The notes below the pieces were generated by a model. It was not told where the DNA came from, did not search any database, and saw only the letters and a list, made by a program, of their open reading frames with translations. A stretch of DNA of 64,000 bases from positions 224,001 through 288,000 of the forward strand of contig CBDCJV010000002.1 in the NCBI GenBank assembly GCA_965217895.1, given 5' to 3'. Numbering within the stretch: the first letter of the stretch is position 1; each line of letters opens with the position of its first letter. The stretch is from Waterburya sp. (GTDB taxonomy: Bacteria; Cyanobacteriota; Cyanobacteriia; Cyanobacteriales; Xenococcaceae). Both the position numbers and the translations under genes were made by a program. This document shows positions 1-9,633 of this stretch, in pieces.

Positions 1-65
1 AATTTTGGTTTCTGAGGTTTTTTAATTATCGGCATGACAGATATATCTGTAAACTAATAACTTAA

Positions 66-189
66 TACTAAATCCTGTTGAAGTAGGTTACTTGACTGTT
101 AGATAGTAGGTAGTTTTCTTTGACCACAAACGACAAACTACTAACTACGAACTTATTGTTGAAGATACTTTTACCAATTCGATTTAGTA
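66..189. mobile_element. MITE (IS630-derived, copy 1)
   Basis: Ends TACTAAATCC...TCGATTTAGTA match the terminal inverted repeats of the IS630 at 44405-45565; interior similar to copies at 32438 and 35544. Confidence 0.8.
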
Positions 190-236
190 TGAGTTTGATT
201 ATGTATTTTTAAAATAATTAATTGTTATTGGTGAGT

Positions 237-1106
237 ATGAGCAATACAGTTTGGGAATTAGATTTTTATTCACGTCCAATTTTAGATGAGGAGGGAAAAA
301 AGCTCTGGGAATTACTAATCTGTGAAAGTTCTGACGATATTGAGCGATCGCCTGATACTCTGTTTAAATATGCTCAATATTGTTCGAGTAAAACGGTTAA
401 CTCCTTGTGGTTGAAAGAAGCCATTGAAAAAGCGATCGCTCTTGCCGAAACCACTCCTAAAAAAATTCGCTTTTTTCGCCGTCAGATGAATAATATGATC
501 GTTAAAGCCTGCAACGAGGTGGGCATAAATCCCGTCCCTAGCCGTCGCACCTATGCTCTTAACAAATGGCTGGAAGAACGAATCAAAGATGTCTATCCCC
601 AAGAATCAGGATTCGATCTCAATACTGCCAATACCCCTTCCGTGCAGTATCCGCCCCTAAATGCTATTTCTTTACCCGATGCTGTCAAGGGAGATCAAGG
701 AGATAAATGGCTTTTTGTGAGCCTCAGCGCAACGGATTTTAATGACATGAAAGAATGGGATATTGATTTTCAAGAATCCTTTGCTCTTTCTCTGCTTAAT
801 ATTGCCTCAGATACTATTATTCCTGGCTTAATTATCTATTCTCCCCGCGCTACACCTTTAGCTGCTTGGATGTCTGGTTTAGAAATGGGTTATTTAAACT
901 TAGAAAAAGATATGCGCCCCCAGTTGCGTTTAGAGACTGGATTGAGCGATAGCTGGACGCTAGTTAATTTGACCAACAAAGAAACTGTCAAACAAGCAGA
1001 AGATTTTGAAAAAGCCAAACAAAAAGCGGCTGGGGTTCACTTTTTAGCTGTTCAATCATCTCCTAATTCTGAATCCTTTGCAGGATTCTGGCTGCTTAAA
1101 GAGTAG
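237..1106 (+). CDS. Tab2/Atab2 family RNA-binding protein (DUF1092)
   Basis: N-terminal WELDFYSRPILDEEGKKLWELLIC and C-terminal FLAVQSSPNSESFAGFWLL signatures; ATG at 237 preferred over TTG at 222. Confidence 0.85.
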   Translation: MSNTVWELDFYSRPILDEEGKKLWELLICESSDDIERSPDTLFKYAQYCSSKTVNSLWLKEAIEKAIALAETTPKKIRFFRRQMNNMIVKACNEVGINPVPSRRTYALNKWLEERIKDVYPQESGFDLNTANTPSVQYPPLNAISLPDAVKGDQGDKWLFVSLSATDFNDMKEWDIDFQESFALSLLNIASDTIIPGLIIYSPRATPLAAWMSGLEMGYLNLEKDMRPQLRLETGLSDSWTLVNLTNKETVKQAEDFEKAKQKAAGVHFLAVQSSPNSESFAGFWLLKE

Positions 1107-1131
1107 TATTCTACCTTTGGTGAACAAGAGT

Positions 1132-1233
1132 ATCGCAGCACGTTGACTGGTTAGGACAAAAAAATGAACTGCTCGTAAATAAAAGTAACGAGTAACGAGT
1201 AGCAGATGTCCTAATACAAGTACATATTGCTGT
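1132..1233. mobile_element. degenerate MITE-like inverted-repeat element
   Basis: TTAGGACA...TGTCCTAA inner inverted repeat, imperfect outer GCAGCA/TTGCTG ends, heptamer AGTAACG repeats inside. Confidence 0.4.
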
Positions 1234-1347
1234 ATGTATTATTTCCAAAAATTCAAATTATGAACTAAGTTTTGCTCGCCTAATACTTCTCGGTTAATAA
1301 TTGCGCTTGGTAGATCTCAGTTTGGGTAATGAATAATGATTACCTAC

Positions 1348-1455
1348 TAAGTGGGTGGGTGAAATTAAATGTAAAACAAGCATAAGCAAAATATTACTTT
1401 TTACTTCTTACTTTTTACGAAGACTATCTTCTAATTAATTTCACCCACCTACTTA
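1348..1455. mobile_element. MITE with 21-bp terminal inverted repeats and TA ends
   Basis: TAAGTGGGTGGGTGAAATTAA ... TTAATTTCACCCACCTACTTA; heptamer TTTTTAC repeats inside. Confidence 0.75.
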
Positions 1456-1498
1456 TCTGAGGATAAATCTTAAATGTTAATTGCTAAATGATACTAGG

Positions 1499-2035
1499 TT
1501 ACTTTGATTTGGAAGGAACTAGGCGTTTTTCAAGAGATTTGAGGCGTTGTTTAGCAGTATCGTTTTCAGGATTGTATTTGATAGCTTCTCTATAGGTTTC
1601 TACCGCTTTAACGATCATCTGCTTTTTCTCATAGACATTGCCCAAATTGTTTAGAGCAATCACATATTCTGGATATAGCTTTAGTGCCTCTTTATATTCT
1701 CTGATAGCAATGTCGTATTGTTCTTGAGCAAAATAAGCATAGCCCATGGCGTTGTGAATCAAAGCTTGGTTTTCTGCTGGTAGTTCCTTGTCTGCTTTCA
1801 ACGCTTTTTTGAGCAAGTTAAGAGATTGAATAAACAGTTTTTTATCTAAATAAAGACTACCTAGTTCGTAATATTCTTCAGCAGTGCCTTTTTCGTTTTT
1901 AAGTTTACTTTGTAGACGAGAGAAAGTGGTTTCTTGCTTACGAGTTCTAATTACTTCGCGCAAAATATAAATAGCAGCGAAAACAAGTACGGCAAGTAAA
2001 GCGGAGATATATATTACAGGTAGATTCTCATTCAT
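1499..2035 (-). CDS. ycf37: TPR protein, Ycf37/Pyg7-like photosystem I assembly factor
   Basis: N-terminal TM helix then three TPRs (EYYELGSLYLDKKLF, HNAMGYAYFAQEQY, ALNNLGNVYEKK). Confidence 0.7.
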   Translation of the reverse strand: MNENLPVIYISALLAVLVFAAIYILREVIRTRKQETTFSRLQSKLKNEKGTAEEYYELGSLYLDKKLFIQSLNLLKKALKADKELPAENQALIHNAMGYAYFAQEQYDIAIREYKEALKLYPEYVIALNNLGNVYEKKQMIVKAVETYREAIKYNPENDTAKQRLKSLEKRLVPSKSK

Positions 2036-2193
2036 GAGCGATCGCAGTATGGTTTATTTTGTCAACTTAATATTTATGATTACTGTAATTTTCACACATC
2101 TATTGATTTAAAATACCCAACAGTTAACAAAATTTTGGATGTTTTTGATTTATTTGCTATTTTTGCTCTTAATCGCTGATCAATAATCAGTAG

Positions 2194-2664
2194 TTACTCT
2201 AGCAGTTTCCAATCAGAAAAAGTGGCTGCCTGCCCACACTTTTTACCAAATTCGTCAGTTAAATTCCAGATTATCGCCTGTTCGATGAGGAATCTTTGAC
2301 CAGTAAGAGAAATACGTATTCCCTGATAATTATCAATATATCCCTGCTTTGCTGCTTGCTCTAGCATTTGCGCTCTGACAGATCGATTTAAAGCTTCGGC
2401 AGTAAGACGAGAAGGGGTTTTAATAAGTTCATCCCAACTTATCGACCACAGTTGCAGAGCCATTTGATTGCCGTAATTTAAAATAGGATCTGCTTGAGTT
2501 CCATGCGAAACCACTACAAAAGGTGCATGAAATAACTTTTGAGCTAATTGTTCTGGTGTATTTGCAGACGCAACCAAGTCTTTTTCTAGCAATTGCCTAA
2601 AATTTCTAGTCAAAATTTGACTCCAGTGAATAATTTCTGGCTGTTGCCAAATTGAGTGAGACAT
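2194..2664 (-). CDS. MEKHLA domain protein
   Basis: APFVVVSHGTQADPILNYGN, PSRLTAE, Y.GIRIS.TG.RF.I..A.IWNL, GQAATF motifs. Confidence 0.85.
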   Translation of the reverse strand: MSHSIWQQPEIIHWSQILTRNFRQLLEKDLVASANTPEQLAQKLFHAPFVVVSHGTQADPILNYGNQMALQLWSISWDELIKTPSRLTAEALNRSVRAQMLEQAAKQGYIDNYQGIRISLTGQRFLIEQAIIWNLTDEFGKKCGQAATFSDWKLLE

Positions 2665-3043
2665 CTTTAAACTTTCAATACTTCTTGGTTAACAATTGCG
2701 CTCGGTAAATCTTAGTTTGGGTAATGATCATTGGTGGCAAGTCAAAAAGTATTGCTCAAACTCCAGTTTCAAGATCACATAGGAAGTTTATCGCCATAAA
2801 AATAGAGACGTTAAATTTAACGTCTCTAAAACAATAACTATAAAGGAATATGTCAAACTACTCAAAAACTGTTTGTCAAATCTGGAAATTACTCCGCCCG
2901 CCAGTAAATGTTGAGCATGGGGAGGTAAAGACGATGAAATAGAAACTTTACTACCCCAGTACCCCAAATACTTCAATGCTCAAAGTAAGAGGATTTTATT
3001 TTTTTTCTACAAACAATCTCCCAATTGGTCGGTGCGCTTAATA

Positions 3044-3322
3044 TTAAGCAGCTCGACGGGTAATTAGACCCCAGATAAAGATAAGTAGCATTGCGCCTAA
3101 TACAGCAAAGATAACGCCAGGAATTGTCAAGGCACCTACAGAAGCTGCTCCCGCCCCTGAGCCACTACCCAGCAACATTGAACCAAGGTATCCTCCAACT
3201 AAGGCACCTAAGATTCCTAAGCCCAGTGTGGCAAAAATACCGCCACCTTGATGTCCAGGATAGATTAGTTTTGCTAATGCACCTGCAATTAATCCTAAAA
3301 CTAACCAAGCTATAATACCCAT
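3044..3322 (-). CDS. GlsB/YeaQ/YmgE family stress-response membrane protein
   Basis: IIAWLVLGLIAGALAKLIYPG...LGILGALVGG signature, three TM helices. Confidence 0.85.
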   Translation of the reverse strand: MGIIAWLVLGLIAGALAKLIYPGHQGGGIFATLGLGILGALVGGYLGSMLLGSGSGAGAASVGALTIPGVIFAVLGAMLLIFIWGLITRRAA

Positions 3323-3470
3323 GTTTTGCTCCTAAAAAATTTATTTATTTATTTTACTTGTTGAAATTAGAATATCCGTTATTTCGATCTTATTCGTCTA
3401 TCTAATGACGTATTTAATTTATACATCTAATTAAATACAACAATGTGCCAGCTTAAGATAAGTTAAAGAA

Positions 3471-3510
3471 AGCCAGCCTATTTTTTACTGGGCTGGCTAT
3501 TATTTTTTAA
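3471..3510. terminator. intrinsic terminator-like hairpin downstream of hsp20
   Basis: AGCCAGCCTA-loop-TGGGCTGGCT stem with A/T-rich flanks. Confidence 0.5.
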
Positions 3511-3562
3511 ATGGAATTGTTTAACTTGCTAATCTCTGCCTGACAATTAACTAACTATTGGC

Positions 3563-4054
3563 TTAATCCAATAAATTAACTTTAACTACCTTGTTTTTCT
3601 CTTCTTCAGCTTTAGGTAGTGTTAGGTGAAGAATACCATCTTTATATTCAGCTTTAACCTCAGTATTTTGAATTCGCACAGGTAGAGAAATTACTCTTTC
3701 AAAACTACCATAGCCGAACTCAGAACGGGTTTTGTCTGCTAATTCTGCTTGAACTTCAGACTTGCGATCGCCTTTGATGGAGATACTTTTGGCTGTGGCT
3801 TCAATATCAATGTCTCCAGGCTGCATTCCTGGAACTTCTAACCTGAGAACTAATGCTTCTTCTGTCTCTATAAGTTCAGCAGCAGGGGGTTTATAAAAGT
3901 TAGCAAACTCGGCAAAAGTAGCAGGAGTTAAAGTATCATGGACGGCTGAAATGTTTGAGGCAACCTCAAACATCGCGTCCTCATCAAATATATGATTTAA
4001 TTGACGTCGAAAAGAGTTTATTTCTGTCCAAGGGTTACAACGAACAATTGCCAT
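3563..4054 (-). CDS. hspA: small heat shock protein Hsp20
   Basis: Alpha-crystallin domain (LEVPG, I.G.R, SEF.YGSFERVI.LP, AEYKDGILHLTLPK); ATG at 4054 with GGAGA RBS. Confidence 0.9.
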   Translation of the reverse strand: MAIVRCNPWTEINSFRRQLNHIFDEDAMFEVASNISAVHDTLTPATFAEFANFYKPPAAELIETEEALVLRLEVPGMQPGDIDIEATAKSISIKGDRKSEVQAELADKTRSEFGYGSFERVISLPVRIQNTEVKAEYKDGILHLTLPKAEEEKNKVVKVNLLD

Positions 4055-4258
4055 GTTTAATTTCTCCAATGAATTCGTTTTTATTTTTTTCTAGCTTTAA
4101 TATGATCTTAGAAGAAACATTTAATGACTGTAAGTGTGGTTTGTTGCCTTTATTGGTAGCGTTTTCTGCCCGAACAAATATTCCTGGAAAACCGAATCTT
4201 TTTCATTATTAATTATTAGTTAAGGGCAATTCGCGAATTGCCCGTACAGTAATCGTTT

Positions 4259-5287
4259 TTAATCGCTGATAAATTCTCTGCTATCTATTTCTACAATAGT
4301 CTCAGATTCAGATTCGGATTCAGATGCAGCTTCTCTATTTTCTATTTGTATTCCTGCTAAATGTTCCAATCTTTCTTCGGCTTGAATAACTTCTTCCAAG
4401 GGAGTAAATACCGTCAAGCCTTCTGGTATACATTTAATCTCGATAGGAGTTGAACCAACTATTTCCCCATCTAAAACAACTTTTTGAGGTGGATTTGTAG
4501 TAACCTTGATCCATTTAGTTCGTAGATAGCCAACATCATCTCTTTCAGCAGCTTCGCCACTACTGGCACTCTGCAAAAGATGATAGGAAATTGCGATCGC
4601 TCCTGCTCTGCTTTCGGGAGCAATAATAGTGACATCTAGTAGCCCATCATCATAAACTACTCCTGCCGTGCCGTGCGCCAATACAGAGGTAGGGGGAGCA
4701 GCATTAGCAATAGTGATGGCATTAGCAGCTACCTTAATTACTTTGTCATCAGTTTCAATGGTAGCCTCAAACTTTTCAAATTCTCTTAGTTGCTTTAATC
4801 CTGATAGTACGTAGGCTAACATTCCTAAGCGATCTTTTGCCTCGCGATCGGCATCTTCTACGGTTTCAGCTTCAAAACCAATTCCCGCCAGCAAAATCAT
4901 TGGTTTATCGTTGCACATTGCTGCATCTACTTTTTTGGTAGCACCATCGACAATTACCTGACAGGCTGCTTCTATAGTGTCTGGGATACCTAAAGCGTTT
5001 GCAAAAGCATTTGCCGTGCCTCTGGCGATCGCACCCAAAGGAATATCTGTATCGATTAAAGCTTCAGCTACCATCGAAACCGTACCGTCTCCACCAGAGG
5101 CAATAATTATCTCTGCATTGTTTGCCACTGCTTTACGAGCTAGTTCACCACCGCTTATTTCTTTAGTGGTAAATTGTATATCAAGGTCGAATTCTGGCTC
5201 TAAAATGCGTTTAATCGTGGCTAAGTCCTGCTCTGAGTTGCCTTGTCCAGCAACAGGATTAAAAATCAAACAAGCTGAACGAGTCAT
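4259..5287 (-). CDS. YegS/BmrU family lipid (diacylglycerol) kinase
   Basis: NPVAG, SGGDGT, GTANAFA, LDGE motifs. Confidence 0.9.
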   Translation of the reverse strand: MTRSACLIFNPVAGQGNSEQDLATIKRILEPEFDLDIQFTTKEISGGELARKAVANNAEIIIASGGDGTVSMVAEALIDTDIPLGAIARGTANAFANALGIPDTIEAACQVIVDGATKKVDAAMCNDKPMILLAGIGFEAETVEDADREAKDRLGMLAYVLSGLKQLREFEKFEATIETDDKVIKVAANAITIANAAPPTSVLAHGTAGVVYDDGLLDVTIIAPESRAGAIAISYHLLQSASSGEAAERDDVGYLRTKWIKVTTNPPQKVVLDGEIVGSTPIEIKCIPEGLTVFTPLEEVIQAEERLEHLAGIQIENREAASESESESETIVEIDSREFISD

Positions 5288-5413
5288 AATATTAAATAAA
5301 ACATATAGATTTTTTCTACCCTAAATAATCTCCCCCAAAATTAGTTCTGTCTTAAGAGAGATAAACTAGTTGAGTCATTCTGATTTTTATGACTATAGTT
5401 AATTTTATTACTT

Positions 5414-6670
5414 TTAAACTAAATGATTGGAAGATTTGTTATATTCTTTTTCATCATTTTTGAGATTTTCATACCAAGCCATTAAAGGATAAGCACTAAT
5501 ACCGTGGACGATTATAGACAAGACAATTACGGTATAGGTAATCCAGGCAATTTCTTCGGCAACCTCTCCTTTAACTCCGTCGCCCAAAGCATAGGTCAGA
5601 TAATAAAGTGAACCCAAACCCTTAATGCCAAACCAACCCATAAGACTACGAGTTGTTTTTGGTAAACTTCCTCCTAACATACTTAGCCATACTCCAAAAG
5701 GACGAATAATCAAAAATAGCAACCCTGCAATTAATAAAGATTCTCCTGCATATTTCAACATCGGCTCAACTACTAAAATTGTGCCTAAAATGACGATCGC
5801 CGTTACTTCTAGGAGCTTTTCTATTTGTTCGGTAAATTCTAGCTGTGCCATGCGTTTATCTTGCTCGGCAAAGTAGGTGCGCTGCACCACTAAACCCGCC
5901 ACAAATACCGCCAAAAAGCCATAGCCATTAACTAATTCAGTTAGGGAGTAGGTTAATAAAATAATACTTATTGCCACAAAGTCTTCTAATAGTTCATCTG
6001 CTTGGCGACGTTTTTGGAGAGTGCGATCGACCCAGACTACTGCTTTTGCCACCACTATACCCATAATAATTCCTGCTGCGATCGCCCAAAGTAAATCAAT
6101 TGCTACCCAGCTTTTAAACCAGTTATCCCAATTAGGATCTTTGAACGCATAAATGCCAAAGTAAACAAAGGGAAACGCCAAAGAGTCATTTAAACCCCCT
6201 TCAGAAGTCAAGGCAAAGCGCAACTCATCTTTATCTTCTACGTGAGCAAGTTGTACCTCTGAAGCCAATACAGGGTCGGTAGGTGCTAGTATTGCCCCTA
6301 ACAACACCGCAGCCCCCCAACCCATACCTAAAATATAATGAGCAGCCAGCGTTAGGGCTAAAATAGAGATCGGCATTAGCAACCCAATTAATTTGATTGT
6401 CGATTGCCATGCCCAAAACTTTAAAGGGCGATTAATTTTAAGTCCACAGCCAAATACAGAGACAATGACGACAAATTCGGTTAATCTTTCTAAAAACTGG
6501 GTATCTGGTTTAATTTTGATTAATCCAAACCCATAAGAACCAAGTAAAATACCTACTACAAGGTAGATTAAAGCATAAGAAAGAGGTAGTCTTTTAATCC
6601 AGCCAGAACCTAGAGTTACTGCTAATAACAGCAAGCCGATAACTAACAGGCTGAGAATATAGGTGTGCAT
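5414..6670 (-). CDS. cation:proton antiporter (CPA1/NhaP-like)
   Basis: About 12 TM helices; APTDPVLA and SEGGLND motifs. Confidence 0.85.
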   Translation of the reverse strand: MHTYILSLLVIGLLLLAVTLGSGWIKRLPLSYALIYLVVGILLGSYGFGLIKIKPDTQFLERLTEFVVIVSVFGCGLKINRPLKFWAWQSTIKLIGLLMPISILALTLAAHYILGMGWGAAVLLGAILAPTDPVLASEVQLAHVEDKDELRFALTSEGGLNDSLAFPFVYFGIYAFKDPNWDNWFKSWVAIDLLWAIAAGIIMGIVVAKAVVWVDRTLQKRRQADELLEDFVAISIILLTYSLTELVNGYGFLAVFVAGLVVQRTYFAEQDKRMAQLEFTEQIEKLLEVTAIVILGTILVVEPMLKYAGESLLIAGLLFLIIRPFGVWLSMLGGSLPKTTRSLMGWFGIKGLGSLYYLTYALGDGVKGEVAEEIAWITYTVIVLSIIVHGISAYPLMAWYENLKNDEKEYNKSSNHLV

Positions 6671-6959
6671 TATTATTGTTTTATTAAAGCAGCCTCAACT
6701 TAACTTAATGTTAAAAACGATTAAATCAATCGATCGCTAGATATTCAACTTAAGCGTTGGTAATTTGAAAATATGATTTTATAAAAGTCAATCTTGCGAA
6801 GGATACCAATTAGCATAAGATACTGGGTTAATAGATAGTTGAAGTCGAGAGATGCTTTCGGTCAGAAACCATCTCTGCCCTCGACAATAGCTCTTTGCAA
6901 GGGCGGCTTTGTCTCGCAATCTACTTGTTGAAATATTATTAAATCCCCTTAAACAAAAA

Positions 6960-7280
6960 ATGTTTATCTTCGCAAAAATTGATTTTCGCCATCTTTTCGC
7001 TGTGTGTCTAATTTCAGTTGTTTTATTTATCGGTTCAGCGATCGCAGTTGATCGTCAAAATACCGCTTTTGCCGAAGTTTTGGAAAGAGATACGGTAGGT
7101 ATAACAGGAGATAAACCCCTGAGCGATACTGAGTATGAATCAGCAAAAGCAAACCGCAATCGATTACAGGCAGAGTTATCACAACAGGCTGAATCTAAAG
7201 CTGAAGCTAAAACCAACTCAGAAAGCGTTGCTGAAAAGCTTAATTTAGATGAAATTAAGACTCCATCGATTGATGATTAA
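6960..7280 (+). CDS. small secreted hypothetical protein
   Basis: Signal-peptide-like N-terminus followed by a hydrophilic helix; ATG at 6960. Confidence 0.6.
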   Translation: MFIFAKIDFRHLFAVCLISVVLFIGSAIAVDRQNTAFAEVLERDTVGITGDKPLSDTEYESAKANRNRLQAELSQQAESKAEAKTNSESVAEKLNLDEIKTPSIDD

Positions 7281-7461
7281 TTAGAACTTACTAAAAAACC
7301 AATATTTAGGGATGGAATACTTTAAAAGCTTTTAGCTCTTAACTTTCTTTGCTGTTCCTTTGTTTTATTAAACAGAAAACGATGCCCACTTCTTGAATGC
7401 TTTAGTCAAAAAGATGGGCGATCGCTTTTTTAGATATTATTTTAGGTATTGTTAGAGAGAC

Positions 7462-8958
7462 TTAAGCATCGAGTAGATCGGATGATTTAGGAATCCAAAC
7501 AGAAACAGAACCTGCTAGACAACGGAAATTTGCCCAACCCTCTTCATTGGTAGTAACTGGTTCTTCTATATGTTCTGTCAGGTCAACATAAGTGTGATTT
7601 GGGTGACCTACTTCCATCCATTTAGTACCTTCCTCACCATTGCTCAAAACTACTGCTATTCCTCCTGGATGTTCCTCGTCACCCAGTCTTGTCCAGCCAA
7701 TACAGTTAGCATGGTCGAAGTAATCGTACTGATCGCCATAGGCATATTCTTGGCGTGTTTCCAGGAATTTATCAATTAGCCATTGGTGGGAATCCATAAA
7801 TATTTCATATTCTTGTCCATCTTTGCCAGTGTCTTTGTAATGTGCGCCATAGTAGTCAGCATAGAAAACGCAGGGATAGCCATCTCTTCTTAACAAAATT
7901 AAAGCATAAGCTAAGGGTTTAAACCAAGCTTCGACAACAGATTCTAAAGATTGCAAAGGTTGAGAATCATGATTTTCTACCAGGGTTACTGCCAAAGTAG
8001 GCTGATCTTTAACCAATGTGCCGTCAAAGATCTGACGCATATCGAAATTGTTGCCTGTTTTACCAGCTTCAGTAAAGTTATAGTGTAAAGGTGCATCAAA
8101 CAAAGCCACATCACCACCTGTAGCATCAATAAAGTGGTGCAAAGCTTCAATATTGTCTGACCAATATTCACCGACAGCAAACAAAGGCTTGCCTGAATAT
8201 TTTCTAACGTGATTTAACCAATTAGGAAAAAATCCTGCCTTGACGTGCTTAACTGCATCAAAACGAAAACCATCAACATCAGTCGTATCTATATACCATT
8301 CACCCCAGTAGTTAAGTTCGCCCCGTACTTCTTCATGTTCCATATCAAGGTCACAACCCATTAGATAGGCAAACGTACCTTTTTCTAAATCTACCTGCTC
8401 GTCAAATTGCTTGTCTCTAAATAAATAAATAGCATTAGCATCGCCATCATAAGCATTATAATCAACCGCGTCAAAATGCCACCAGTGCCACTCTAAGCTA
8501 GAGTATTTGCCTTTACGCCCAGGAAAAGTGAAATGTGTCCAGGTTTTAACTTTTTGCAAGTCCCCCATCGCTTCATGACGGTTATCGGGATTCATCGGCG
8601 TTGCTTCTGTCTCTTCTTCTTTGTCCGCCCCAAGCATATGATTTAACACCACGTCTGCATAGGTGCGTATACCAGCTTCTTTGGCTACTTTAATTGCGTT
8701 AACGTATTCTTCTTTAGTACCGTATTTAGTTCTAACCGAGCCTTTTTGGTCAAACTCCCCTAGGTCAAATATATCGTAAACGCCGTAGCCTACATCGTAA
8801 CCACCACCAGTACCTTTATATGCAGGAGGCAACCAAACCGAGGTAATACCAACTTTTGCAAGATGCTCGGCATTTTCTGCCAACTGATTCCACAGGCTAC
8901 CATTAGGTTCGTTGTACCAGTGGAAATACTGCATCATCACACCATTAAACTCGGACAT
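7462..8958 (-). CDS. amyA: alpha-amylase (GH13, cytoplasmic AmyA type)
   Basis: NGVMMQYFHWY, DVVLNH, DGFRFDAVKH, VGEYW, VENHDSQ conserved regions. Confidence 0.92.
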   Translation of the reverse strand: MSEFNGVMMQYFHWYNEPNGSLWNQLAENAEHLAKVGITSVWLPPAYKGTGGGYDVGYGVYDIFDLGEFDQKGSVRTKYGTKEEYVNAIKVAKEAGIRTYADVVLNHMLGADKEEETEATPMNPDNRHEAMGDLQKVKTWTHFTFPGRKGKYSSLEWHWWHFDAVDYNAYDGDANAIYLFRDKQFDEQVDLEKGTFAYLMGCDLDMEHEEVRGELNYWGEWYIDTTDVDGFRFDAVKHVKAGFFPNWLNHVRKYSGKPLFAVGEYWSDNIEALHHFIDATGGDVALFDAPLHYNFTEAGKTGNNFDMRQIFDGTLVKDQPTLAVTLVENHDSQPLQSLESVVEAWFKPLAYALILLRRDGYPCVFYADYYGAHYKDTGKDGQEYEIFMDSHQWLIDKFLETRQEYAYGDQYDYFDHANCIGWTRLGDEEHPGGIAVVLSNGEEGTKWMEVGHPNHTYVDLTEHIEEPVTTNEEGWANFRCLAGSVSVWIPKSSDLLDA

Positions 8959-9155
8959 ATTAGAACTCCCTCCAAAGGCAGCTAAATAGTTATATATTAG
9001 TTAATTAAATTTTGTTCTCAACAATTAGATTGCAAATATTCTATTAGTATCGTTTAGTTTCTTGTTGATTGTTAAGTAATGTTACGCTGCTAGTTAAAAA
9101 TGCAAATCATTCTTAAGATAGATTTTATTTTGAACGTCTGGTGTAAATAAAAAGG

Positions 9156-9368
9156 CTATTTGATAATTTGGTTGATAACATGAATCACTGAATCAACAAA
9201 ATCAGTCTCCAGAATTACTGACGTTGTTTTCCACCATCGTGTTTTTAAGTCTAAAGTTCGCACCTGTTCGGCTGCTACAGAACCCTTAATTTTGAGTCCA
9301 TTAGGTAGCTGAATTAGTGTCTTAATTTCGGGCTTAATGGTATTTGTTATTGGTGAAACTATAACTAT
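9156..9368 (-). pseudogene. 5'-truncated PemK/MazF-family toxin fragment
   Basis: Open frame absent from the ORF track (no start codon): IVIVSPITNTIKPEIKTLIQLPNGLKIKGSVAAEQVRTLDLKTRWWK...IIK*; PIT and EQVRTLD are MazF hallmarks. Confidence 0.7.
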
Positions 9369-9633
9369 TCATGATAAATAGGCGATCGCATTTAAATCTC
9401 AACTTGGTGTTCAAGTTAAGCTCCCGATTAATCTGTGCCAAAAGTTTCTGCTACTATTAAAGGGTTAAAATATTCTCGTAACAAGACAAGGCGATCGCCT
9501 TGAGTTTGAATAACTGCTATATATATATATATTTATTCTCTGTGCCGTATCCGTATTGCGATCGCCTCCTAAAAAACTTATAGCTTGTAGCTATCCTGAT
9601 TGTTTAATTGTCTTAACCCGAAAGTAGCGTTAA

